In this document: in pieces, positions 13,190 to 24,898 of the stretch
Position numbering within the stretch: position 1 is the first letter of the stretch
Layout: each line of letters starts with the position of its first letter
DNA from: Eledone cirrhosa
Taxonomy: Eukaryota
NCBI GenBank assembly: GCA_964016885.1
Contig: OZ024742.1
Coordinates: 63,426,001-63,490,000 of the forward strand
DNA: 64,000 bases
Direction of reading: 5' to 3'
Notes under the pieces: model-generated
What the model was told of the DNA's origin: nothing
The model's input: the letters and a program-made list of their open reading frames with translations, nothing else
Database searches by the model: none
Program-made: the position numbers and the translations under genes

Positions 13190-14345
13190 ACTTTGATAGG
13201 TTTCGGCCAGTATTGGCCCAGGCCGTATCTAACTTAATAGCACCACCTGGCGAAGTCTTTAAATCAGGATTTGGGCACCATGGCCCACTCAAGTAGAGAG
13301 TTATTGTTTACGGGGGCATATCCAGGTGTAGGAGGCTTATCCGGGATTTCTTGAAGGAATTTGTCCAAAGTCTCCTTGAAGTTGATGGGGTCTGTTTCTG
13401 TTTTAATGTGTTTCGGTGTGATGTTAAAGAGAGCGGAACCATTTGAGGTGAAATAATTGTGCCGTATTGTTGTTATGAGTGAGATTTTTGTCGTGGGCGG
13501 ATAGCATGGGGTCCAAGCCTTGGGTGTACATTAAAGGTGATGCCAACATCATTTGGGCAAAGCTGATGGAATATTTTCCACATCATGCAGATAATGTAGC
13601 GCTCACAGCGACGTTGGAGAGAATAAAGGTTGAGCTTTTCTAATCGACGCCAATAGTCAAGGCCTGTCATGCCATCTATCTTTTTTGTAATTGATCATTG
13701 GGGCGCTTCAACTTTCATAATACTTTGTTTCGTGTGGGGTGACCTCAGTGGACAACAGTATTCAAGGGGTCGAGCAAAAGTGGAGAAGAGAAGTATAATA
13801 ATGCGGATATCTCTCGACTGGAAGGTTCTGAGAATCCAGGAACACATTCTGCGGGCCATGTCAGCTTTGCTGTTTATATGAGTGGCCCAGCTTATGTTGT
13901 TGTCCATAATTACTCCCAGGTCTCTGATGTTGTTGGATGCCACGAGAGTTTCACCCGAAGGAAGAGAGTATGGTAGTTTCAGGGCATCCTTTTTTCCAAA
14001 GTGGATTAACTCAAACTTATCCTCATTCAACAGCATGATGTTCTTTTCTGCCCATTGGATAACAGCCAGTAGGTCTGACTGATGGCAAGTCCGGTCACTC
14101 ACCTCATTGATGACCCTTTGGAGCTTGGAACCATCTGCGAAGATTCTGATGTTGCTGTGCTTGATGATGTCAGTAATGTCATTAATGTAGATGATGAAAA
14201 GAACTGGGCCAAAACAGTGCCTTGTCGGACGCCACTGCTGACTTTGGCAGGGCTTGATTTTACTCCTTCGACTTCAACATGCTGGGTTCTGCCCGTCAGG
14301 AAACATTTGATCCACTGTAGTAACTTTCCAGAGACACCCAATATT
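13190..14345 (-). mobile_element. 5'-truncated CR1/L2-group LINE (RT C-half, pseudogenic)
   Basis: WIKCFLTGRTQHV..SGVRQGTVL, RDLGVIMD, LEYCCPL, YWRRLEKLNLYSLQRRCERY and PDKPPTPGY across frameshifts. Confidence 0.8.
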
Positions 14346-15209
14346 GGATAGTTTTATACACACATACATACATATACATATATATATACACATACACACA
14401 CATATAAACATATATATAAATCTATATATACACATGTACATGCACACATATACACGAACTCCCATATATCTAACATATATTTGTGAAATGGGCGGTGGTT
14501 GAAATTCAGATGTGCACGGTTAAATGGTAGTAGACGTGGTCGGACTGACATGGAAATTTACACACCTATGTAAAAAGTGCCAAGGAAGCAAATAGATGAG
14601 GTTTCAAATCTCTAACTTGAAAAATGTGGTCCCTGGGGCCCCAAAACTATCGCGTTCGGTGAGTTATTTCCCCCTGTTCTAATACTTTTGTCTTATTTAC
14701 AATTTCATACAAATAAAGCAGTAAATAAAGGATTATGAGTTCATGCAATTGACTTATGTTTCGTCACTATATATATATAATATGAAAACGCTTTAATAAA
14801 AAGAAATATCAACTGTAATGTATGTATGCATGTATTTATGTGTTTATATGAGCGGAGATATGCAAGTAAATCTTACTTTGTGGACAGCTTATCCTTAGCA
14901 TAATATTCATGCTAGAACAGCATATATTTGAAAGTTTTCAGGGAGTTGAATTACTGATTTTGGATCGGCAGCTTTAGCTTTGAAAAAATGAAATGAACAG
15001 TGTAAACATTTTTTATTATTCCTCCGGGGATGAATCTTCTCTGCATTTTTCCATCTCTTTCTTTCTCTCTGGAAGAAATCAGCCGTAGTAAGTCCTAAAA
15101 AAATGGTTAGATACACCATGATGCACCGTGCATCACGGTGGAGTTGAAAAGCAGACTCAGAACATGGCGTTGTGTGGGGGTGGCTCGCAGCCCAATGTTC
15201 CAGGGGGAT

Positions 15210-15323
15210 GAGGAGGAGGAGGAGGAGGAGGAGGAGAAGAAGAAGAAGAAGAAGAAGAAGAAGAAGAAGAAGAAGAAGAAGAAGAAGAAGAAGAAGAAGA
15301 AGAAGAAGAAGAAGAAGAAGAAG

Positions 15324-15353
<30 letters not shown>
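15210..15353. repeat. (GAG)n(AAG)n trinucleotide microsatellite
   Basis: Directly visible. Confidence 0.95.
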
Positions 15354-15354
<1 letters not shown>

Positions 15355-15959
15355 GAACTGGAGTCCTATCAAATATGTAGGTTGTGTCTTAAATTGAAGG
15401 TTTAGTAGAAACAATTCATGAATAGTTTTGTACTTTTCTTTTTGTCATTCATATATAAACAAATCTACTATATAAATTGGAAGTGGTCGGACGTTGTATA
15501 TGTAGGTGTAGTCGGATAAACGTCGAAACGGCTTGGTGGAATGCAGTGAACATTTACACAGTTATGCAGAATGACCCGAGGTTACGGAGAAAATCGATGA
15601 AACAGGAATTTCCCATTCAAATTGAACTGAGAGTAATCTGTGAACGCAGAAGTAATTATTTCGAGAAACGTTGCAACCGAACGAAAACAGGAAGACGATA
15701 TTTCGTGAAGACGTTCCCTGGCAATGGACGGGAAAAAAGCGAGGATACTACGTCGTTATGTGGAGCGTAAAGAACAATTTCATGCAAAGACAAGATCAAG
15801 TTTATGGTATAAATGGAGTCGTTAGACTAATATTCTATTTAAAATAACAGAATGATTTCCAGCCCCGGAGTTTAAGAATGATGTAAATAAACTTGAAAAC
15901 GAAAATGACAGAGGTTATTAAAATAGTAAAAGTAAATAGTGAATATTTAGGCCAGTACA

Positions 15960-16517
15960 TACGTATGCCCCGACGGACATACACATACATACGCACACAC
16001 AAATACATACACACCCACACACACACACACGCGCGCGCGAACGCACGCGCATATGTATAAACCTTATGCATTTCTACAGTATTTTCACCAAACTTAAGAC
16101 AAAGGTTACTTATGTACTCCGGATGGTCATGGACACTATCATTTCTCCAGATATTGATTATAGCCCCCCACCCCACGCCCCCACCCCACGCCCCCACCCC
16201 CGGCAGATAACCCCTTTAACCACTTCCTTGGAGTCGACTGAAGCACTGCAGTGCAATGCAACAAAACGTTATAACTTCTGGAGTTCGCAACCGATTTTCA
16301 CAAAACTTGACACATGGGCTACGTTTGTCCTACAGATGAATATGAACTCTCAGAATTGGCACATATTGGGTAGGGGACCCCTGTGGGCAGGAACCCACTT
16401 TTGTAAAAAGCCGATGATTTCGTAAAAGTATAGTTTTAAAAGAAGCACTGAAGTATTGACATAAATGGTATACACAATTGCTATTTAATATCTGAGCAAC
16501 GCCGGTTACCTCTGCTA

Positions 16518-16518
<1 letters not shown>
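15960..16518 (+). mobile_element. Non-autonomous Helitron (3' end at 16518)
   Basis: Ends CTGAGCAACGCCGG..TCTGCTAG|T and has internal ATTTTCAC.AAACTT repeats. The 5' limit is approximate. Confidence 0.5.
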
Positions 16519-16573
<55 letters not shown>

Positions 16574-16799
16574 ATACTTTGGGAGGGTCATGTTGCCAAT
16601 AAGAAACACACGCACCAGTGGTTTCACTTCAATTTATTATAATAAATTTATAAATTTAGGAATATATAAATTTCCGGTTGGTTGGTTGGTTCCACAACCA
16701 AATGGTTGTTTATATGTTGTCAAAGTTCTTTCGTCACACATTCTGTGACCTCTTCAGTGACTGGGAAAAAGAAATATAAGAAATGTAAGAAATAAGATA

Positions 16800-17168
16800 T
16801 GTATAATCTGTAAATTAAGCCCCCATATTAACTGTAAAACTAGAAATGTAGTATATAGCATAAGATGTACTGAAGGACAATGTAGAGATAAAAATATAGT
16901 GTACATAGGTGAGACACCTCGTAGTATAGGAGAACGGATAAATGAACACTGGCGAGACCTTCAAGATAGTAAAGAATAATCTGTACTCTACCAACATGCT
17001 AAAATAGAACATAAGGGTAAATTAGAGAACATAGAAATAAAAATAGAATCTACACACAGAAAAGACGCAATGTTTAGACAAATCACAGAGTCAATAAACA
17101 TAAATGAATTACAACCAAAATTAAATAGAAAACATGAGTGGAACAGCAACATCACAACTTACAATTAA
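16800..17168 (+). pseudogene. GIY-YIG endonuclease C-terminal fragment (one internal stop)
   Basis: CIICK..NCKTRNVVYSIRC..C...VYIGETPRSIGERINEH..*SVLYQH..RQITESINI...PKLNRKHEW. Not in the ORF track. Confidence 0.85.
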
Positions 17169-17370
17169 GGACAAAATGAAAACTCACACGCACATAGAAC
17201 AAACAACCAACCAGTAACATGTAAATAAACAAATAAATAAACGAATATAAACACACACAGACACCCGGATGTAACACATGCGCAAACTAAGCACACAACA
17301 CACACACAAAACAAGATGGCGTAGGACAGAACAAAGGAGAGGCACAAAAAACAAAGAAAAGAATCCCCAT

Positions 17371-17411
17371 TCACTGAAGAGGTCACAGAATGTGTGACGA
17401 AAGAACTTTGA
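17371..17411 (+). ncRNA. Hammerhead motif in the Penelope pLTR (inverted copy at 16720-16760)
   Basis: TCA-CTGAAGA-gGTCAC..GTGAC-GAAA-GAAC-TT-TGA. Confidence 0.6.
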
Positions 17412-17620
17412 CAATATATAAACAATCATCTGGTTGTGGAACCAACCAACCAACCGGAAATTTATAAATTCCTAAATTTATAAATTTATTATAATAAATT
17501 GAAGTGAAAGCAACTGGTGCGTGTGTTTCTTATTGGCAACATGACCCTCCCAAAGTATAACAATATCGGTTTCAACACACGTTTTCAGATAAAGAATCTT
17601 GCTAAACAAATTCAGAAACG

Positions 17621-17670
<50 letters not shown>

Positions 17671-17989
17671 GTAAATATCTTTAAGTCGTTTGGAAGCCTC
17701 GACAATGCAAATGGGTAAATCTCCGGGTAACAAGAGCCGGTGGTGGAGAGAGAGATGTAAGTGGGTGTACGTTGAGATGCGTGGCGTGTATAAGACGTGT
17801 AGAGGAATGAAAGAAAGAGTATAAAGGATAAAATTAAAATAACAACACGAGAGAGAGTTACCTTGGGAGAGATTTAATTGTCCCTATATATTTCGGATTC
17901 ACATCCATCAACTGGGGCGTTTTTTTTCGGTGTGGGGGAAAGGTTGTCTGTCGGAAAGGTGCGAAACGCGTCCTCCGCTGTTTGTTGTT

Positions 17990-18133
<144 letters not shown>

Positions 18134-18311
18134 TTTTTATTGGAGAAGGTAAGATATTTTTTCACAAAAATTTGATTGCACTGTTTTGTTTCCACTTATG
18201 TATTTTTTGAAAGTGTTATTTATTTATTATAAAAATTAAATGAGACCATTCTATATGTAGGTGAGCTCCCTTCATCTCCTGGCAACCAATATTTTTAGAC
18301 GCACTCCGCCA

Positions 18312-18352
<41 letters not shown>

Positions 18353-18428
18353 TATATTATATATATATATTATATATAATTATATATAATTATATATATA
18401 TATATATAATTATAAATATAAGCTATCG

Positions 18429-18479
<51 letters not shown>

Positions 18480-18514
18480 AGTGTAAGTTTCTACACAAAA
18501 CGAAGGTTATAGAG

Positions 18515-18564
<50 letters not shown>

Positions 18565-18654
18565 CCAATCATTGTAACTTTGAATCTAACTGACATGCAA
18601 AAACATATATAGTAGATTCAAATACCACAGTGAGAAAGAGAGGGGGGGGGGAAT

Positions 18655-19790
18655 GAGGTGCAACAGAAATGAAACATGGGTTACAGGTTAAAATATAGTC
18701 TAGAAAGATGAGAAACAAAACGAAGATGTAGTTTATGGAACACCCAAATGATTTAGAAGTCAACCTTAAGTAGGAGCGATAACATTAAGAAAGACATGAA
18801 CGACACCACATAATTTTGTTTTGAAAATTTTGAATGTAGGTTTATAAGTATGAATTTTCATGAGGTTTTCGTAGTTGTCTCAGTGGCCTAGTGGTAGGTA
18901 CTAGAGAAAGTAGAGATCCTGGCATTGGGTTCAATCCTGGTCAAGATGTAAGTGTAATCTTTTTCAGTTTTTATTTTACATCCCATAGAAAAAAAACTGA
19001 AAAGGTTTATTTGGAACCCTACTCCCGACAAGGTTCGAACTTCAGACCAGGATTACCACAGTCTATGATTTCTACAAGTAGGCCACCGAGACAGCTACAA
19101 AAGTATAATGAAAATTAATAACTATAAACCTACTTTCAAAATCAAAATTAAAAAGATGTGGTGTCGTTCATGGCTTTCCTAGAGCTATTAGTCATATCTA
19201 GGGTCGACTTGTCAATCTTCTGGCTCTTTGGTAATATCACAGAGAGAAAGGGGATAGGGAGAGTGGGGAGAAATAAGGTGCAACAGAACTGAAACATGGA
19301 TTACAGGTTAAAATATAGTCTAGATAGATGAGAAACAAAACGAGGATGTAGTTTATGGAACACCCAAATGATTTAGAAGTCAATCTTAAGTAGGAGCAAT
19401 AACATTAAGAAAGACATGAATGACACCACATGATTTTCTTTTGAAAATTTTGAAAGTAGGTTTATAAGTATGAATTTTCCTAAGGCTTTCGTAGTTGTCT
19501 CAGTGGCCTAGTGGTAGGTACTAGAGAAAGTGGAGATCCTGGCATTGGGTTCAATCCTGGTCAAGATGTAAGTGTAATCTTTTTCAGTTTTTATTTTACA
19601 TCCCATAGAAAAAAAAATGAAAAGGTTTACCGGGAACCCTACTCCTGACCAGGATCGAACTTCAGACCAGGATCACCACCGTCTATGATTCCTCCAACTA
19701 GGCCGCCGAGACAGCTACAAAAGTGTAACATTCTATATGTAGGTGGCTCCCTTCATCTGGCAATCAATATTTTTAGACCCAGTCCGCCAC
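18655..19790. repeat. Tandem ~620-bp duplication; each unit is a fold-back with two convergent tRNA-like heads
   Basis: 18657 and 19277 start near-identical units. GTCTCAGTGGCCTAGTGGTAG..GGTTCAATCC on plus faces GTCTCGGTGGCCTACTTGTAG..GTTCGAACC on minus. Confidence 0.7.
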
Positions 19791-19792
19791 TG

Positions 19793-19870
<78 letters not shown>

Positions 19871-20094
19871 GGATATCCGTAGATAAAAGGTCGAGGGAAA
19901 CAATGTTCTATCTACTGTAAAAAAGCTTATTCGGTATAAACGAAGTTTCACATACTTAACTTGCAGTTCATGCCTTTTCAAATATTTCTCTACTGGATAA
20001 GTAGAGAAATATTTTAAAAGGTAGCACCGTACTATAACAAGGACCTGCGCGATAGTGGGTTCAAGGAACAGATAAAATACATGCCTAATAGACA

Positions 20095-20510
20095 CCTACC
20101 TAGGAATAAAAATAGAAATAGAAAAATAATCTGGTTCGCGTTTCCTTTCTCACTATATATAAAGCCTAAATGAAGGTAAAGAAATTCTTAGACATCATTG
20201 ATAAGCACTTTACCTCATAACATACATACAGTAAAATCTTCAGTTCACGTTCAGTAAGAGTATTCTATTCTTACGCACAATCCATGAGATCCAAGACGAC
20301 TACTAAAAACAAACCATATGAGGATACGGGATGCTTTTGCAGGAAGAAAGACCACTGTCCATTAGAACAAAACTGCAATGTAAAGTCCTTAATATACATG
20401 GCAGAGATCAAATACACAAACAAGAACAAGTCAGACACCCATAAAAAATATGTAGGTATGATCCAGGACCGATCTAAGCAAAGGTTCAGTATTTCAAAGT
20501 CCTGAAAGGT
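20095..20510 (+). pseudogene. Penelope-like ORF fragment (linker and start of GIY-YIG)
   Basis: RKIIWFAFPFS..KKFLDIIDKHF..; CFCRKKDHCPLEQNCNVKSLIYMAEI..KKYVG. Confidence 0.7.
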
Positions 20511-20524
20511 ATATGTCAGCAGCA

Positions 20525-21040
20525 CGGTGAAGTAGAACAGAGTAGGTGCAGGTATATCACCTTGCTTGACACCGTTTTCCGGTGAAGCTAGCTCTGAAAG
20601 TGTCCCATTTTGCTTTCAGATTTTGATGGAGTTTTTTTATTTTTTATATTCATGAGGGCATCCAATTTCCCTAATATGACCCCCAATGCACTACGATTAA
20701 GAGTATCGAAGGTTTGGTAAGGTCCCACAAATACTTATGGCACTCGCTGCACAACACACTTCACCATAAGCTGACAGGCGGAGAAAATCATGTCCATAGT
20801 ACACCAACCAGCTCTGAATCCACACAGGATCTCATGGATGGCTCTAAGGCAAATCCATTTTATTAGACGATTCAACAGGATCTTGGAGAAGACTTTTCCT
20901 ACTGATTCGATGAGACTTATACTACGATAACCACCGCATTCAGACTTGGAGGCTGTACCCTTGTAAATCAACAGCAGAATTGCACCTACCCAGTCTTGCG
21001 GGACAGGCTCACCATGCCATAGTATATTACCAGTAACACT
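20525..21040 (-). pseudogene. RTE-clade reverse transcriptase N-half fragment
   Basis: VPQDW..AILLLIYKG..SECGGYRSISLIESVGKVFSKILLNRL..CGFRAG.CTMDMIF. Confidence 0.8.
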
Positions 21041-21189
21041 TATGTATGTATGTATGCATGCATGCATGCATGCATACATACATACATACATACATACATA
21101 CATACATACATACATACATACATACATACATACATACATACATACATACATACATACATACATACACATCCATCCATCCATACATATAT

Positions 21190-22864
21190 GATGGCTGCAA
21201 ACTCTGCTAAGAGTACTGCAATCGCTTATCAGAGTTTTTAGGCTACGGCCAGCCACACAAACCTGTAACATATCCTGAACAAGCAATGCCTGTGCTTTGA
21301 ATATTTTTTAAGTGGAGAAAGGCCTTGCACTCGACCAATCCCACTCTCTGAGCATCGAAAACACTACCCAAAAAGGAGAACTGGTCAATATCATCGGATG
21401 CTTCCAAAGCCGCAGGTTTTTTTTTCAGAGTTTCCCTCTCCTAGAAAGGTGTTGTGATAACAACTGGGGGCCTTTCACTCCCAGGTGAAAAAAAGTACCA
21501 TTTGGATGGCCGTTGACTCTGCTGAGTTCCTCCGCCCTTTGTCGGGTCTTGTATTTCATCCCGCAGGGTGTCCAAATATCACCCTCCTCACCAAGCAAGA
21601 TTGGTGGGGTTGCCGGTTTAGTCGCCGACGACCCGACCATAAGACATGTTGTACTGGGTTACATGTTACCAGTAGCACTCGAGAGCGACATGACATACAT
21701 ACATACATGATGGCTGCCCCCTCGTTATCGAGTATGGCCATTGCACGATATACCATTATTAATTAATTATATCGTGCAATGCCTGTGCGTGAAGATATTT
21801 TTTAAAGTGAGGAAAGACTGTGCACTGAGCCAATCCCACTCTCTGAGCGACAGTAGCTATTACCCGAAAAGAAGAAAAAAATCAACATCATCGGTAACTA
21901 CTGATCCGCAGGTTTTATATCGGAGTTATCCCAGTTTCCTGAGTTGCCTTCTCCTAGAAGAATGTCCAGGACAAAGGCTAGGGGTCCTTCACTCCCAGTA
22001 GTTTAACCGCGCGATCAGGTGTCCAGCCCGACTATTTCTATGTCCCCGTGCATATACACACACATGCACCCATGTATATACACATATACATATACATACA
22101 TATGTACATGTGTATATACATATTTACACACTTTTGGATGGCCGTTGACTCTTATGAGATCTCCCGCCCTTTGTCAGGTATTATTTTTTGAGCTGCAGGG
22201 TGTCCAGATTCACCCTCCTCACCAAGTAAACTTGGTGGGGTTACTGGTTTAGTCGCCGAAGACCCGACCATGTGACAGGTTGTACCGGGTTACATGTTAC
22301 CAGTAGCACTCAAGAGTGACCTGACATACATACATGCATACATACATACATGCATACATACATACATACATGATGGCTGAAACGCGATTTCAAGTAATGC
22401 CATCGCTTGATACTTAAAGCACCGCGGACATTGCTTTTTATTCCTACTAGGGATTTGCCTGTGACCAGCAATGTCATGCATCACAAAAAATGTCACATAT
22501 CAAGCGATGCCTGTGCTTGAAGCTTTTTTAAGTGAGGAAAGGCTTTGCAAGGGGCCAATCCCACTCCCTGAACATCGAAAGCATTTGAATAAAAAGAACA
22601 ACTGGTCTACACCATTGGATGCAAACGAAGTCGCAGGTTTTATATTAGAGCGACCTTCTTCTAGAGAGATGTCTTAATGAAGACTAGGAGTCTCTCGTTC
22701 CACAAAAAAAAAATTATATGATGGTAGTTGACTCTCTCGCAGGGTATCCCAATCACCGTCCTCATTAAGCAGGCTTGGTGGGTTGCCAGCTTAGTCGCCG
22801 ACGATCCGACAATGCACGGGGTGTACCGGGTTACATGTTACCAGTAGCGCTGAAGAGCGACCTG
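21190..22864 (-). mobile_element. Three tandem ~500-600-bp non-coding repeat units, each bounded by (CATA)n
   Basis: Units ~21190-21693, 21708-22324 and 22370-22864 all begin ATGATGGCTG and end GAC(C/A)TGA-(CATA)n. The family is also at 34892-35465 and 53538-54145. Strand is inferred. Confidence 0.7.
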
Positions 22865-24313
22865 ACATAAACAGACATACATACATACACATACATGCAT
22901 ACATAAATGCATGCATGCATACACACATACATGCATTAATAAATGCATGCATGCATGCATACATACATACATACACATACATGCATACATAAATGCATGC
23001 ATGCATACATACATACATACATACATACATACATACATACATACATACATACATACATACATACATACATACAAACATACATACATACATACATACATAC
23101 ATGTAAACGTACACACATACGTATATACAACCTTGATTTAAAACGCATTGAATACAAATAGACAATCACAAACGACCGCTTTCTTTTCAAGGGGACATAA
23201 CTCAAATATTTCCCAATAGCTTTGTTATTTCGGCAGTTGTCTCTCTTGTGATTATTTGTTTCTACTTCTGACACAAGACTAGCGATTTGAATGGACAGGG
23301 AAAGTGACTAAATCAGCCCCGGTGCGTTACTTTTACTGTATTTTATCGATCCCGTAATAACTGCATAGACACATGTATAGATACAGAAATATATGTACGT
23401 ATGCACATATACTCAAAATATACAGACCCACACATGCAATAACATCCATACCTTCACACGCACACACATATACAGACATATACACGCATTTACCTAGCTG
23501 GTGTTGTCTAAATCCAATGAAAGTGTCTGTTTTCTATATTAGAAACCGACTCTCTCTCTCTGGGTGAAAAGTTATAAGATGATAAAAATAGAGAAACATA
23601 CATACATGCATTATTGCATGCATGGATTGGCAGTATCGGTAGAGGGTCGGACGCCATGCTTTGCAGCATAAAGTTACGGCCCTTTACGGTCTGAATTCAA
23701 ATCCCGCCGAGGTTCACTTTGCCTTTCATCCTTACGGAGTCGATAAAATATAGTACCAGTAATGCACTGGGGTAATTGCTGGCCTTCTTCCAAAGGTAGA
23801 AACAATTATTACATACACTAGCATGTGTAGTGTGTATATTGATATTATACGCAGGTATATATACATGTAGGTATATATACATGTAGATATGATACATCAA
23901 ATAAAATCATAATTAACAATATATAATACACAGAAATTGAACGAAGACTCTGTTACACTGTCTTATTTAATCAGTAACGTAATCCATGATACATTAAAAA
24001 AGACGATATTATATATAAACTGCATTAGGAGAAAATTAGCCAACCGGAAGTGTTGATATTTCAGAAATTTTAAAGAAGTGAATCTTTAAATAAACAAAAT
24101 ATATTTAATCAACAGCCACGAAATTTAGTACATAAATTATGTAATATTCATTAATTATTTCTTCAAAGTAATCCAATTTATTTTACTAAGGGGATAAAAA
24201 AATTATAAACCGTACTCAGTCCCGCGCTCCTTACTTTATTATAGTTTAGAGAGTACATATATGAATATGTACATGCATCGAACCTCCCATCCATCTATAC
24301 ATACGTATGAAAG

Positions 24314-24372
<59 letters not shown>

Positions 24373-24709
24373 GATAGAGAGGGGTGGGGAGAGACTTTGT
24401 TCAGTGCACCCCCATGAAAGAGCACGTGGTATTAGATATGTTCGTGTATGTATGTGAATATGCCCTCCCCACACGAACACGCGCTTTTTCAGGCCTAAGG
24501 AAGTGCGTCCTCGTGTGTGAGGGCACGTGTGATGTGTTTAAAAATGTGTGTGATCGTGTGCGAGTATTTGTGTATGCGAGTGCACGTGTGGGAATATGTG
24601 CGTTTCTATTCAGAAAGACAAAGACCAGTTATATAAGCTGGTGTCTGTTCCCCTGACATAATCCTATATTTGTGTCTTAACAACACCGCGGGGAAGAAGG
24701 AAGAAATGG

Positions 24710-24796
<87 letters not shown>

Positions 24797-24898
24797 CGTG
24801 TGTGCGTGCTTGTGTGTGTGATGTGTGTAAGGGAGAGAAGGGGAGATAGATAAACAGACACACACTACGCTGGCATAGATAGTAGAAAGATAGATATG

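Larger units (their letters stand above)
16568..17622 (+). mobile_element. Penelope-like element: inverted partial pLTR, GIY-YIG endonuclease fragment and pLTR, between (TA)n tracts
   Basis: 16568-16765 is the reverse complement of 17366-17563. The interior encodes a GIY-YIG domain. Confidence 0.85.

Noticed and set aside
15138-15414. Poly-K, poly-R and poly-S ORFs
   Set aside because: (GAG)n(AAG)n microsatellite.
15460-15830. Possible host exon (complex, GC-richer sequence)
   Set aside because: No recognisable protein motif or convincing splice pair; a small exon cannot be excluded.
18875-19720. Functional tRNA genes
   Set aside because: A and B boxes are present but the cloverleaf stems do not pair convincingly; treated as tRNA-derived repeats.
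21190-22864. CRISPR-like repeat-spacer array
   Set aside because: Units are 500-600-bp homologous repeats separated by microsatellite, there are no cas genes, and the context is eukaryotic.
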